Shown in pieces: positions 50,259 to 60,947 of a DNA stretch of 64,000 nt. The translations under genes and the position numbers were made by a program. The stretch's first letter is position 1. Each line of letters opens with the position of its first letter. Below the pieces are notes generated by a model. That model was not told the DNA's origin. It saw nothing but the letters and a program-made list of their open reading frames with translations, and did no database searches. The stretch is from an uncultured delta proteobacterium (GTDB lineage: Bacteria; Desulfobacterota; Binatia; UBA9968): positions 32,001 to 96,000 of the forward strand of contig CAVTUQ010000019.1 in assembly GCA_963737905.1 (NCBI GenBank), written 5' to 3'.

Positions 50259-51329
50259 ATGAATCGCCTCGCGAGAAAAGCTTGGTTGTTTGTTGGGCTA
50301 ATAAACTGGTTGCTCGTCGCGGAGCTTCGTTCGGCCGAAGTGAGCGTCGAAAGCCTGCTAGCAGACATCAACCGCAAACCGGCGGAGCAGCGTTTGCAGG
50401 CTCTTTTGGAAGGCGCGAAGAAAGAAGGCATTGTCTACCATTACGGCTCGATCAATGCGCCGGATAATGATGAGCTCACGAGAGCTTTCAACAAACAGTA
50501 CCCGTTTGTGGAAGTACGCTACACGAGATTGGGCGCAGAGCAGATCGTCAATCGCGCTGTGACGGAGTATCGATCGGGAGTCCCAAGTGCCGACGTGATT
50601 TCCATGCGTGGAACGTTTATGCCCGAGTTGTCGGAGAAGAAAATCATTGCTCGCTACAAAAGCCCCATGACGGCCTTTCTGCGCCGTGGTTTTACCGACT
50701 CGGAGGGGTTCATGGCGACGACGTTTGCCACCGGTTATGCGATGATCTTTAACGTCACCAAGGTGAAACCCACCGAGGTGCCGAAGTCCTACGATGATCT
50801 GCTGCATCCCCGATGGAAAGGAAGATTGGCGCTGGATCAGGATGCCCACGATTGGTTTGCCGGCATGATCGATCTCATGGGGGAAGAGAAGGCCGCCGGT
50901 TTCTTGAGGAGGTTGGTGACGGAGCAGGGTTTAAAACTCAAAAGAAACCATTCATTGATCACGCAGCTGACCGCGGCGGGCGAGCATGACCTGTTCATCG
51001 ACGGTTATATTCACAATGCGGTGGAATTCAAAAGCAAAGGAGCACCGGTTGATTTTGTTTTTACGAATCCAACCATCGTGAAGCCACCTTCTGTAATTGC
51101 GATCGCTTCAAGGACTGCGCGTCCTCACGCGGCGGCGTTGCTGTTGGATTATTATTTATCGAAAGAAGCGCAGGAGATCATGGCGCACAAGCAATCCCGT
51201 TGGACCACCCGCGCCGACGTCAAGTGGCTTACGGAACCAGGCACGGAGATTCATGTCGTTTCACCGATCAAGTGGGGCCGCCGCTACAACGACGTGGTGA
51301 AGTTGTTCAGGAAAACCACTGCTCAATAG
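50259..51329 (+). CDS. Extracellular solute-binding protein (AfuA-like)
   Basis: Signal peptide, LEGAKKEG, DLLHPRWKG, RPHAAALLLDY. Confidence 0.88.
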   Translation: MNRLARKAWLFVGLINWLLVAELRSAEVSVESLLADINRKPAEQRLQALLEGAKKEGIVYHYGSINAPDNDELTRAFNKQYPFVEVRYTRLGAEQIVNRAVTEYRSGVPSADVISMRGTFMPELSEKKIIARYKSPMTAFLRRGFTDSEGFMATTFATGYAMIFNVTKVKPTEVPKSYDDLLHPRWKGRLALDQDAHDWFAGMIDLMGEEKAAGFLRRLVTEQGLKLKRNHSLITQLTAAGEHDLFIDGYIHNAVEFKSKGAPVDFVFTNPTIVKPPSVIAIASRTARPHAAALLLDYYLSKEAQEIMAHKQSRWTTRADVKWLTEPGTEIHVVSPIKWGRRYNDVVKLFRKTTAQ

Positions 51330-51351
51330 CCGCTGCTAAAGGAGAGGCCGA

Positions 51352-51849
51352 ATGAAACCGGAAAAAGCACAGCTGGTGGTCCAGGGACTCAAGGAGGCGG
51401 GAGTGGACTTTACCGCCGGAGTGCCGGACGCCCAGTTCATCGAAGTCTACAAGATGCTCGCTGACGATCCCGATATTCGCTATGTGGGTACGGCCAACGA
51501 AGCCGAAGCTGTGGGCGTCGGGTTTGGAGCATGGTTCGGAGGAAAAAAACCGGCGTTGATTCTCGCCACCTCCGGCTTGTTGGTAGCGACCTATCATCTG
51601 GCGCGGGTCAATATCATGCACGAAGTCCCGCTCTTAGTCGTAATTCCATACCGTGGCGACATTGGAGATCCGCGATGGCTGGGGCTTTACAAAAAAACCA
51701 CCGAGCCAGGCCTCGATGCCATGGACATTCCGTATCGGGTTGTAAGCCGCTCGGCGGACATCGTGAGGACTCTCAAAGAGTGCAACGAAAGCGCACGAGC
51801 TTGGCTCAAATGCATCGCCGTGATCTTGAATGAGGAGGCTCTATGGTAA
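51352..51849 (+). CDS. Sulfopyruvate/phosphonopyruvate decarboxylase alpha subunit-like (ComD-like)
   Basis: GVPD, NEAEAVGVGFGAWFGGKKP, PYRGD: a TPP PYR domain. Confidence 0.82.
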   Translation: MKPEKAQLVVQGLKEAGVDFTAGVPDAQFIEVYKMLADDPDIRYVGTANEAEAVGVGFGAWFGGKKPALILATSGLLVATYHLARVNIMHEVPLLVVIPYRGDIGDPRWLGLYKKTTEPGLDAMDIPYRVVSRSADIVRTLKECNESARAWLKCIAVILNEEALW

Positions 51850-52472
51850 CGCGCTTGGCATTAATCAAAGAATTGGCAACTATTGTTCCGGAAGACCTTC
51901 TCGTCGTTTCCAGTATCGGGAACAACAGCGCTTTTTGGGGAGAGCTTGCGGAAAGGGAAGCTAACTTGTTTCATGCCACCTTGGGAATGTGCACCCCGGC
52001 GGCTTTCGGGCTCGCCATGGCGCTGCCTAATCGTAAAGTTTTGGCCCTTGACGCGGATGGCAACCTTATTTTGAATTTGGGCGTCCTCGGCACGATTGCC
52101 AATGAGAACCCCACCAACCTGACGATCCTCGTCATGGACAATGGCAATTATCTGGGGAGCCACAAAAAAGAACCGGGAATGCCGACGGCGACGGGTGGAA
52201 AAATGAATCTTGAGCAAGTGGCGAAAGCATGCGGCATCGAAAGCTCGTGCACGGTTCAGGAGGTCACGGCGTTTCGCCAGCAAGTTCAGATGGCGCTGGC
52301 AAAGGCAGGGCCACATTTTATTCGCGCGCGAGTTGAGGCTCTCGATACCGAAAGGCCCGGCCGGATAAAGCGCGTGCCCGACCCGCGCGAAAACAAATAC
52401 CAGTTCGCCAAATATATTGAGAGGACCGCCGGGGTGCAGATCCTTGGCGGTGGTCTGGGCAATTTCGGCTAA
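51843..52472 (+). CDS. Sulfopyruvate decarboxylase beta subunit-like (ComE-like), TPP-binding
   Basis: DADGNLILNLG...VMDNG TPP motif; overlaps the alpha gene. Confidence 0.82.
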   Translation: MVTRLALIKELATIVPEDLLVVSSIGNNSAFWGELAEREANLFHATLGMCTPAAFGLAMALPNRKVLALDADGNLILNLGVLGTIANENPTNLTILVMDNGNYLGSHKKEPGMPTATGGKMNLEQVAKACGIESSCTVQEVTAFRQQVQMALAKAGPHFIRARVEALDTERPGRIKRVPDPRENKYQFAKYIERTAGVQILGGGLGNFG

Positions 52473-52499
52473 CCGACCGCAAGCAGTAACGGAGACCAT

Positions 52500-53474
52500 A
52501 TGAAACCGTTCGCAAAGTGTCTTATTTGGAGTTTGCCGGCGGTGTTGACGTTTGTTTTTGGGTTGCCGTACGCTGCATTGGCCCAGACCAAGATGACCAT
52601 CGCCTATTCTTCGTTGGGTCCGATGGCGACGGGCGTTTGGATGGCAAAAGACATCGGGGCTTTTGATAAGTACGGGATCCAAGCCGATATCCTTTTTATC
52701 TCCTCGGGACCGGTGGTCGTTCAAGCTCTCATCGGTGGAGATTTACAGGTGGGAAGCGCGGCTAGCAATGCGGTCATCAACGCTATTTTGCACGGCGCGC
52801 CCATCATCGGCGTGGCCGGGACGGCAAATCGGCCTTACCACCGGCTGTTCGTGCAGCCGGACATCAACCGCCTCGAAGATCTGCGTGGAAAGACTCTCGG
52901 GGTTACCCGGTTTGGCTCGATTACCGATAATCTAACGCGGATCCTGTTACGAAAATCCGGTTTAGAAGGGGCGGTCAACGTTCGTCAAATGGGCGGCACG
53001 CTCGAAGTGTCCGCGGCTTTCCAAAATAAAGTATTGGCGGGGGCGGTGACGTCCGATCTTCGAGTGAATCCGCCAGCCCAGGCAAAGGTTCTCACGCGAT
53101 TGATCGATCTAGGCATTCCTTACTCGATGAACATGATCGCCGTCTCCCGTGATTTCCTGAAACGCAATCCTGGGGCGGTGGAGAGTGTTGTCAAGGCCTA
53201 CGCCGAAGGAATCGCATTCATGAACCGTGATAAGGAACGCTCGCTGAAAATTATCGCCAAGTACGCGCGCTTGACGGATCTTAAAATGATTGAGGACCAC
53301 TACAACGACTCAGTGACATATTTGGAACGCATCCCGACACCCGAACCTGAGGCGGTGGAAACCATTCTCGAGTTCATGGGTAAAAAAGGAGTTCCGCTAG
53401 AGACTTTTATGGACAGCACGATCGTCAATCGTCTCATCGCTGAAGGCTTTTTCAAACGACTTTATCGACAATAG
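52500..53474 (+). CDS. SsuA/NMT1-like ABC substrate-binding protein
   Basis: Signal peptide, WMAKDIGAFDKYG, LRGKTLGVTRFGS. Confidence 0.88.
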   Translation: MKPFAKCLIWSLPAVLTFVFGLPYAALAQTKMTIAYSSLGPMATGVWMAKDIGAFDKYGIQADILFISSGPVVVQALIGGDLQVGSAASNAVINAILHGAPIIGVAGTANRPYHRLFVQPDINRLEDLRGKTLGVTRFGSITDNLTRILLRKSGLEGAVNVRQMGGTLEVSAAFQNKVLAGAVTSDLRVNPPAQAKVLTRLIDLGIPYSMNMIAVSRDFLKRNPGAVESVVKAYAEGIAFMNRDKERSLKIIAKYARLTDLKMIEDHYNDSVTYLERIPTPEPEAVETILEFMGKKGVPLETFMDSTIVNRLIAEGFFKRLYRQ

Positions 53475-53533
53475 ACGCCCGCGCGTCGTCTTATGTGCCG
53501 TTGCTATTTTTGCGCCCAGGGAGGTGCGATGAC

Positions 53534-54268
53534 ATGAGTCGAGTGATAACAAGGCCACTGAAAGAGGACAAAGATGGAATTCCAGGTTACATCGCGTTTC
53601 CCGAGCGCGAGGAGAAGGGGCCGGGGCTGCTTTTGATCCACCAGCATTCCGGACTCACCGGATACTTGAAGACCGCGGCCTACCGGTTTGCTAAGCTGGG
53701 TTATACGACGGTCGTCCCGAATCTTTATCACATGCTCGGTTATCCAGCGGAAACGCACATCGACAAGGGGACCGAGATTCAAAACAAGACACCCGACCCG
53801 GATTTTGTTCGAGTGATCGACCAGGGTTGGCGCTATGTTTGCGGGCGTAACGATGTTAATGCCTCGCGGGTTGGAGTCATCGGCTACTGCATGGGCGGGC
53901 GGTTGGGCATCCACTTCGTCGCCGCAACGCCATCCGCGCGAGCCTTCGTCGCCTATTATCCGTCTGTTGCGGATGAGCCAACGACGCGCATCCGGCCGCG
54001 ACATCCTTGCGACGCGGCACGGGAGATCAAATGCCCATCGATGATCCTTTACGGCGGTCATGACCAGCACAGCACGTTTCCGGTCCAGCAGCGCGTAATG
54101 GAAAGTTTTTATGCTAACGGGCAACCGTTGGAGTGGCACTACTTCCACTTCGGCAATCATGGGTTTGCGTCCACTGAATCAGACGGCTATCAACCCTATC
54201 TCGCGGATCTCGTCTGGCCGCTGGTGACCGAGTTTTTGAGTCGCGAGCTGATTGGACCGGCCCTGTAG
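53534..54268 (+). CDS. Dienelactone hydrolase family protein
   Basis: GYCMGG nucleophile, YGGHD, NHGF. Confidence 0.9.
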   Translation: MSRVITRPLKEDKDGIPGYIAFPEREEKGPGLLLIHQHSGLTGYLKTAAYRFAKLGYTTVVPNLYHMLGYPAETHIDKGTEIQNKTPDPDFVRVIDQGWRYVCGRNDVNASRVGVIGYCMGGRLGIHFVAATPSARAFVAYYPSVADEPTTRIRPRHPCDAAREIKCPSMILYGGHDQHSTFPVQQRVMESFYANGQPLEWHYFHFGNHGFASTESDGYQPYLADLVWPLVTEFLSRELIGPAL

Positions 54269-54355
54269 CGCGGGAAACAGCATTCCAGAGGAATATAGGA
54301 AGATTTTCCGCATCAAAGAATTGCGCCATTCACCTGAGCGTTCTTTCCCCATCCA

Positions 54356-54475
54356 GAGACTGTGTCGCAATGGTTCAAGACCGCATTGTCATCCCGAACG
54401 AAGGTGAGGGATCTGAGATTTCTCCCTGCGGTCGAAATGACAGAGACGATGTTTTCGATGTTGCGACACAGTCTC
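54356..54475 (-). mobile_element. Second copy of the 120-bp MITE
   Basis: Perfect TIRs gagactgtgtcgcaa / ttgcgacacagtctc; the reverse complement matches 38917-39036 with few mismatches. Confidence 0.8.
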
Positions 54476-54638
54476 TGATGGAGGTTAGGATAGGGGTGGT
54501 TTGAATCGGCAACGTGACTTCTATCCCGCGGGTCGAGGACGGAGCGAAAAAACACGATGACAGAAAAATTATCTCCGTGGTTATTGTTTTTGGTTGCCGT
54601 TGGGACAGTAAAAACGGTGGTTGTCTGGAGCCTGAGAG

Positions 54639-54667
54639 TTGACGAGTACACCAATTGGCAGTACCCT
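54639..54667 (+). promoter_or_regulatory. Putative higBA promoter with an overlapping palindromic operator
   Basis: TTGACG-17 nt-TACCCT. The imperfect palindrome GTACaCCAATTGGcaGTAC spans the spacer, and the ATG lies 5 nt after the -10. Confidence 0.55.
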
Positions 54668-54672
54668 AATTT

Positions 54673-54948
54673 ATGATCAAACAGGTCGATATCCGGGCGG
54701 TAGAAAAAGACCTGATGAAGACGCCTAAAGCTTTAGTCATTAAGTTTCAGAAGTGGGTTGATGATATCGAGAGGTATGGTCTGGAAGAGGTTCGAAAAGT
54801 ACGAGGTTGGCATGACCATACGCTCAAGGGCGACCGCGCGGGGCAAAGGGCCATTTATTTAAACAAAAGATGGCGTGCGGTCTACGTGATTGAGGGAGGC
54901 GAAGTGAAAATCGTGAAAGTCATAGAGGTGCACCCCCATGAGTACTAA
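54673..54948 (+). CDS. RelE/HigB-like mRNA interferase toxin
   Basis: HDHTLKGDRAGQRAIYLNKRWRAVY; toxin-first gene order. Confidence 0.88.
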   Translation: MIKQVDIRAVEKDLMKTPKALVIKFQKWVDDIERYGLEEVRKVRGWHDHTLKGDRAGQRAIYLNKRWRAVYVIEGGEVKIVKVIEVHPHEY

Positions 54949-55249
54949 GAAAAAAAGTGATGCGATGCAGTTCTTAGAAAGCCTGGTCGGGGAGGTAACG
55001 TTTGGCGGATTGATCGAAGCGATGCGCCAAGCTGAGGAGATGTCTCAGGTTGAATTTGCCAAGAAGCTCGGGATTTCCAAGCAGCACCTGTGTGACATCG
55101 AGAAGGGTCGCAAGTTTGTGAGTCCTGAGCGTGCCGCGAAGTTCGCCAAGATACTGGGCCATTCGGAACAGAGCTTTGTAGCTCTCGCGCTCCAAGACAT
55201 CGTCAATCAGGGTGGGCTGAAGCTAAAAGTCACCGTAGAGGCTGCCTGA
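54938..55249 (+). CDS. Xre-HTH antitoxin (HigA-like)
   Basis: MSQVEFAKKLGISKQHLCDIEKGRK helix-turn-helix; overlaps the toxin gene. Confidence 0.88.
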   Translation: MSTKKKSDAMQFLESLVGEVTFGGLIEAMRQAEEMSQVEFAKKLGISKQHLCDIEKGRKFVSPERAAKFAKILGHSEQSFVALALQDIVNQGGLKLKVTVEAA

Positions 55250-55415
55250 AATGTACTGAGGGCTGCGCCTTCACGGATTCCAAAGAGAGGTTAACTCGCC
55301 CGGATCCGTTAACGGGGAAAAGGACCAGCTATGATTCCTTATCGGCCAGACAAGATGATTAAATAGGCGAGAGGCATGAGGCAATAGTAAGAATTTCAGA
55401 TTAGGAAAAAAGTAT

Positions 55416-56506
55416 ATGAATAAGAAATCGTCGATCCGATTTCCGGCCTCTTGCTCCGACAATCTAAAATCCAAAGCATGTCCTGAGCCACGCCGAAGGA
55501 TCGAAAATCTAAAATGGCTGGGGCTTTCGGTAATCGCTTTCGTGCTCGTGGTGGCCGGGGCGTTGGCTCAGGCGCAGCAGCCGAACAAAGTCCCGCGGAT
55601 AGGGTACCTATCGCCGTTCGATCCAGTTGCTGAGTCCACCCGTTCCGAGGCAATTCGGCTAGCTCTGCGCGAGTTTGGCTACATAGAAGGACAGAACATC
55701 GCCATCGAGTACCGATATTCGGAGGGTAAGGTCAATCGGTTCCCTGAGCTTGCGGCCGAGCTGGTGCGTCTCAAGGTTGATATCATCTTGGTATCAGGAG
55801 GGGACAGGCTGATCCTGGCGGCCAAGAATGCGACCAAGACGATTCCCATCGTTATGACAGGCGGTGGGCTCGATCCTGTTGAGGCAGGCCTGGTTGAAAG
55901 CCTTGCCCGTCCCGGCGGCAACGTCACCGGCATTACAAACCTTACCGGAGAACTAGGCGGTAAGCGGCTGGAACTGCTCAAGGAAGCCGTTCCCAAACTT
56001 GCCCGTGTCGCGGTTCTCTACGATCCGGCCAATCCGGACAGTGTACTCGAGCTGAAAGAGGTTCTCCCAGCCGCGGCGCGTGCGCTGAGGTTGACTATTC
56101 AGCCTTGGGAGGTACGAGCTGCGGACGGTTTCGAGAAGCGTATTCGCTGCGATCAGTAAGTGGCGCCCGGATGGACTCTATGTGCCTACCTCGGGCCCGC
56201 TAATGCGTGCGTGCTAACCGAAAACGGATCGTCGGCTTTGCGTTAAAGAGCCGATTACCGTCGATGTACAGCAACAGACAAGCTGTAGAGGCTGGTGGTC
56301 TCATGTCCTACGGGGCGGATCTCGCGGACAGCTACAGGCGCGTCGCATATTTCGTGGACAGAATTCTGAAGGGAGCCAAGCCTGCTGAGCTGCCTGTGGA
56401 GCAACCGACTAAGTTCGAGTTTATCATCAATCTGAAAACGGCCAAGCAAATCGGTTTGACGATTCCGCCTGAGGTGCTCGCCCGGGCGAGCAGGCTGATC
56501 AAGTGA
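55416..56506 (+). CDS. ABC_sub_bind SBP, frameshifted near 56135-56210
   Basis: Close paralog of 17124-18119, split into ORFs 55416-56159 and 56207-56506. Confidence 0.85.
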
Positions 56507-56802
56507 TTCAATTTTAGATTTTCGATTGCCGATTTTAGATTACGAGAGGCAAAATAACGAAGAAGATTTTTAGGACTCGATTCTCGTATTCCCTCTCCGA
56601 CAATCGGAAATCTAAAATCCAAAATCGAAAATAGGCGCGGTTGTCGCCTTCGGTCGGGATGTGGCTCAATGGTTCCGGGAGCCTTTTTTACGCCGTGTGA
56701 GGATCTGAGAATTTTACCGACGGAGTCCGTTTGGCAGTCGGGGCTAATTTTTATATACCAGAGATACCTACGTTAAAAGGAATTGGGAGAAACACGGAGA
56801 AG

Positions 56803-56966
56803 AAAATCCGAATATCGAAATCCGAAATCCGAAACAAATTAAAATGATCAAAAACTACATGTTCTAAACGGCGAGGATCGGATTTGGGGTTTTGGAATTT
56901 TTCAGATTTTGGGTTTATTTGGTTGTTAGTTTGTTTTGGATTTCGATATTCGGATTTCGAGTTTTG
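56803..56966. repeat. Inverted heptamer tandem-repeat array (AAATCCG/CGGATTT type)
   Basis: aaaatccgaatatcgaaatccgaaatccgaaac ... ggatttcgatattcggatttcgag. Confidence 0.7.
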
Positions 56967-57054
56967 TTTCAGTGATGTCTTGGGGCAATAAATTTTGGTG
57001 AAGTCGTTTTGTTAGGCAATTACTATGTAATAATCTACGCCTAAGGAGATCTTA

Positions 57055-57768
57055 ATGCAAGTCCCGGAGTGGCGAAACGTTATCGGTGAGATGGTGCGCA
57101 AGCACATGCGCTCGCCGGAGCTAGAGCACTATTTTTCAGTTAAGATGAATAAGCCGCGGGCGCAGCTCATGATCACGCAGCTTGGGCTTTACATCCGGCA
57201 CCGGCGGGATTGTTGGGCGTTGGTCTCGGCGAATTGCCCGGTGATGGCGATCAAGCAGGCGATCTTGCAGCATGAATATGGCGAAGTGATCAAGGATCAG
57301 TTTTCCGATTACGGTCATTTGCATTTCATCATTCGCCAGGCGCAAAAACTGGGATTGACGCCTCAAGAAGTGATCGACACCAAGCCGATCGTCAGCACGA
57401 CGGCGACGCTCTATGCTTGGGCCTGGCTGACGCACGCCAAGAGCTGGATCGAAGGATTATCCGCGCTGACGGTCACCGAATGGACAAACGATGACCGGTT
57501 ATTGCGCGATATCGGCGGCGGCCATTCCACGCGCATGGGCAGACGGTGGACTGAGGATATGGGGATTCCGTGGCGCGACATGCCGAATTTCGTCGCGCAC
57601 TCGCAGGCGGACGAAGAACATAGCGATATGTTCCTACCGTTTTTGGAAGAGTACGCGACGGGCGAAAAAGAGAAGATGGCTCTTAATGCCGTAAAAGAAT
57701 CCCTGGATCTTTTCGCTCTGTATCGCGATGGCGTGGCGCGGGCGATGGAGAAGATTCCGTTGAATTGA
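57055..57768 (+). CDS. CADD/TenA/PqqC-like heme-oxygenase-fold diiron protein, copy 1
   Basis: HEYGE...GH, a mid-protein TEW, and HSQADEEH match the E/H/E/H/D/H diiron ligand set; AAGGAG RBS. Confidence 0.8.
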   Translation: MQVPEWRNVIGEMVRKHMRSPELEHYFSVKMNKPRAQLMITQLGLYIRHRRDCWALVSANCPVMAIKQAILQHEYGEVIKDQFSDYGHLHFIIRQAQKLGLTPQEVIDTKPIVSTTATLYAWAWLTHAKSWIEGLSALTVTEWTNDDRLLRDIGGGHSTRMGRRWTEDMGIPWRDMPNFVAHSQADEEHSDMFLPFLEEYATGEKEKMALNAVKESLDLFALYRDGVARAMEKIPLN

Positions 57769-57916
57769 TGTTATTCTAAGTTTTACCGAGAAGGCAATAG
57801 GTGAGGTTTGTGCGCATGTGGCAAGGAATTACCATCCTTCAATTCGTCAGGAGGACGGAGGTTGAAAAGAAGTCCGTAAAGGTAAGTGAATTAGAAATCA
57901 AAAAAAGGAGGTGAAC

Positions 57917-58255
57917 ATGGAAAAACCAAGAATCCGGCATATTGCGATCAACGTCGAAGATCTCGACAAGACCGCAGAGTATTACAAACGAGTCTTCGGC
58001 ATGGAAGAAAAACATCGGCGGCCTGGGGGAACTATTTATCTATCCGACGGCCATCTCGATCTCGCTCTCATCCATACCGAGAAATATCCATGGGGAATCC
58101 ATCACTTTGGTTTCAAAGTCGATAGCGTCAAAGAAATCGAGAAAATTGCCGACACCAAAGCCGAGGACAACACCTACGGAGCCATTGCGGAAAGCTGGAT
58201 CAAAGATGTCGAAGGCAATCGCGTCGATGTTTCCGAGCACGGCTGGCCGATATAT
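57917..58255 (+). CDS. VOC (glyoxalase) family protein; expected stop after GWPI is missing, so the ORF runs on to 58921
   Basis: IRHIAINVEDLDKTAEYYKRVFGM...GIHHFGF...DVEGNRVDV. Confidence 0.8.
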
Positions 58256-58413
58256 CAGCAAGCTGTAAAAAGACTGTCGATTCGAGGATCAAATCGAGGT
58301 TTCGCGCGTTCATTTGCTCCGCGAGTACGCATATCGCGAGCCGGCCTCAGCCGTATGGTTTCAATGAAGTATTTTCGAACTGCAGCGAGTCTAGTCGACC
58401 GAGTTGTGACTCA

Positions 58414-59370
58414 ATGCTGGTCGCGACAAGAGCATTTTCTGATTCTCTATTTGCGTTTCTGTGCGCACTGCCGGCGCTTAGCTCGCGCAGAACCCATCCA
58501 AGGTTACCGTCGCTTATTCCGCCGTCAGCCCGATTTTCGCCGGCGTGTGGATGGCCAAGGAGATCGGCGCCTTCGAAAAGCAGGGGCTAAAAGCGGATCT
58601 CGTTTATATCAGCTCCGGAAGCATCACGGTGCAGGCGATCTTGGGCGGCAATTTGGATATGAGTATTGCGGCGAGCAACGCGGTGGTGAGCTCGATCTTG
58701 CGCGGCGCGCCGCTGGTGGCGGTCGGGAGCATTACGAACCGGCCGGCGATGAGTTTGTTCGTGCAACCGGAGATTACCAAGCCCGAGCAATTGCAGGGCA
58801 AAACCTTGGCGATCACGCGGCACGGCTCGTCGACTCATTTCTTGACCTGTTTGCGACTGGAGAAAGCTGGGCTTGCACGACAAGGTCAAGATTCAACCAA
58901 TGGGCGGCACACGGGAAGTAGATGCGGCAGTGCGAACCGGTATGGTGGCGGGCGCTGTGCGTAGCATGAAGCCGGGACCGAAAACGCGGATGCTCGTCGA
59001 TCTGCCGGATCTAGGCATTCCTTTCTCAATGGATCTTATCGCCGTGAAGCGTGATTTTTACAAGAACTCGCCGCGTACGGTGGAGGCGATGCTCAAAGCC
59101 TATATCGAAGGCGTGGTAGCGCTGAGAACCAGAAAAGAGTTTGCCTACAAAGTGTTAGGAAAATACATGCTGGGCGCGAATGATTCGCTGGACGAGGCTT
59201 ATGAATACTCCGTCAAGTATCTCGATCGTCAAGCCAAAGTGGATCCGGCCGTGATTCAAACAGTGCTGAATTGGGAAAACAAGGGCGACACTCCGGTCAA
59301 CGAGTTTTTCGACAATTCAGCCATCGATCGGATTATCAAAGAGGGATATGTCGAGCGGTTGTACAAGTAG
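58414..59370 (+). CDS. SsuA/NMT1-like ABC substrate-binding protein, frameshifted (near 58490 and 58875)
   Basis: KVTVAYSAVSPIFAGVWMAKEIGAFEKQG..., then DLGIPFSM...EGYVERLYK in ORF 58873-59370. Start is approximate. Confidence 0.78.
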
Positions 59371-59385
59371 CCGCTGGAGACAGTC

Positions 59386-60102
59386 ATGAAGCGAGCAGAG
59401 TGGAGGAAAGAGCTCGGTGAGTTGGTCCGGAACGCGATGCGTTCGCCCGAGCTGGAACACTATTTCCGAGTTAAGATCACCAAGCCCGGCGCCCAAGTCT
59501 TGATCACGCAATTAGGGCTTTTCATTCACCACCGGCGCGATTGCTGGGCACACGTATCCGGCAATTGTCCGCATATGTCCGTGAAGCAAAAGATTCTGCA
59601 GCATGAATACGGCGAAGTCATCAAAGATGAATACACCGAGCATGGACACATGGAGCTGATCATCCGCCAGGGGAAGGCGCTAGGTTTGACGCCTGATGAA
59701 GTTCTGAATGTCGAGCCTCTACCTTCAACTATGGCGACTCTTTATGCCTGGGCTTGGATCGCGAGAGAGAAAAGCTGGCTCGAAGGGCTGGCCTCTAATA
59801 CGATCACCGAGTGGGCCAACGACGACCGATTGCTTCAGGATGTCGGCGGCGGGCTTTCCAGCCGCATGGCAAAGCGGTGGATGGACGATTTGGGGTTCGG
59901 CTGGGAGCAGATGCCGAATTTCAGAGTTCACAGCCAGGCGGACGAAGAGCACAGCGACATGTTCTTGGAAGATTTCGAGCGGTTCGCCACCGGCGAGAAG
60001 GAAGCGCTGGTTTACCGAGCCGCTAAAGAGTCAATGGATCTTCTCATAATGTTCCGCGGCGGGATCGCGGCTGAGATGGAAAAGCTGGCCAAAGATATTT
60101 GA
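59386..60102 (+). CDS. CADD/TenA-like diiron protein, copy 2
   Basis: HRRDCW...SGNCP, QHEYGE...HGH, TEW, HSQADEEH. Confidence 0.8.
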   Translation: MKRAEWRKELGELVRNAMRSPELEHYFRVKITKPGAQVLITQLGLFIHHRRDCWAHVSGNCPHMSVKQKILQHEYGEVIKDEYTEHGHMELIIRQGKALGLTPDEVLNVEPLPSTMATLYAWAWIAREKSWLEGLASNTITEWANDDRLLQDVGGGLSSRMAKRWMDDLGFGWEQMPNFRVHSQADEEHSDMFLEDFERFATGEKEALVYRAAKESMDLLIMFRGGIAAEMEKLAKDI

Positions 60103-60174
60103 AATTTGGGATGAAGAATGTCTCGTGCAAAGGCGCAAAGGGCGGCAAGGTTTGTCCAACGATGAGGAACAAGA

Positions 60175-60882
60175 ATGGATGCTAAGGGTTGGGAAGCTGC
60201 TTTCGGAAAGCTCGCGCGGGAAACTATGTCGTCGCCGGAGCTGGAGCGCTATTATTCCGTGCCGATCACTCGGGCGCGAGCGCAACTACTTCTGCAACAG
60301 CTTTCGCTTTATGTCCGCCATCGCAGGGATTGTTGGGCCTTCGTTTCCGGCAATTGCCCGGTGCTTTCGGTGAAACAAAAAATTCTGGCGCATGAATACG
60401 AGGAGATGATTCGCGATCAGCACTCCGAGCACGGCCACCTGGACTTGATCATTCGACAGGGAAAAGCTATCGGCTTGTCTGCCAAGGATATTCTGGAGGC
60501 GAAGCCGATTCCGAGTACGACTGCGACACTCTACGCTTGGGGCTGGATTTGCAAGAAGAAACATTGGCTCGAAGGTCTGGCCGCGATGACCATGACGGAA
60601 TGGAATCAGGATGATCGCTTGCTCGCCGATCTCGGCGGCGGTCACGCCGCGCGCATGGGCGAACTCTGGATCAAATATCTGGGGATCACTTGGGACGATC
60701 TCCCAAACTGGAAAGCGCATCGCGCGGCGGACAAGGAGCATGTGGACATGTTCCTGCCGATCTGGGAAGAGTTCGGCCAAGGCGAAAGCGAAAAAATCAT
60801 TCTCGATGCCGCAAAGGAATCCGAGGAATTGTATCGCGTCTATCAAACCGGCATTGCCGATGCGATGGAGGCGCTGACTTGA
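60175..60882 (+). CDS. CADD/TenA-like diiron protein, copy 3
   Basis: HRRDCW...SGNCP, HEYEE...HGH, TEW, HRAADKEH. Confidence 0.8.
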   Translation: MDAKGWEAAFGKLARETMSSPELERYYSVPITRARAQLLLQQLSLYVRHRRDCWAFVSGNCPVLSVKQKILAHEYEEMIRDQHSEHGHLDLIIRQGKAIGLSAKDILEAKPIPSTTATLYAWGWICKKKHWLEGLAAMTMTEWNQDDRLLADLGGGHAARMGELWIKYLGITWDDLPNWKAHRAADKEHVDMFLPIWEEFGQGESEKIILDAAKESEELYRVYQTGIADAMEALT

Positions 60883-60947
60883 TACTGTTCTCGGACCTCA
60901 GGATCTCCTTCCCCTTAACGGGGAAGGATTAAGGAAGGGGTGTAAAA

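Noticed and set aside
56652-56690. gtcgggatgtggctcaatggtt resembles the 5' end of a tRNA-Pro
   Set aside because: No anticodon arm, T-loop (GTTCRA) or acceptor-stem complement follows. It fits better as a decayed ABC_sub_bind leader.
57911-58921. 336-aa ORF as a VOC-SBP fusion protein
   Set aside because: The sequence after GWPI is non-protein-like and out of frame with the SBP core. A lost stop codon or sequencing error is the simpler explanation.
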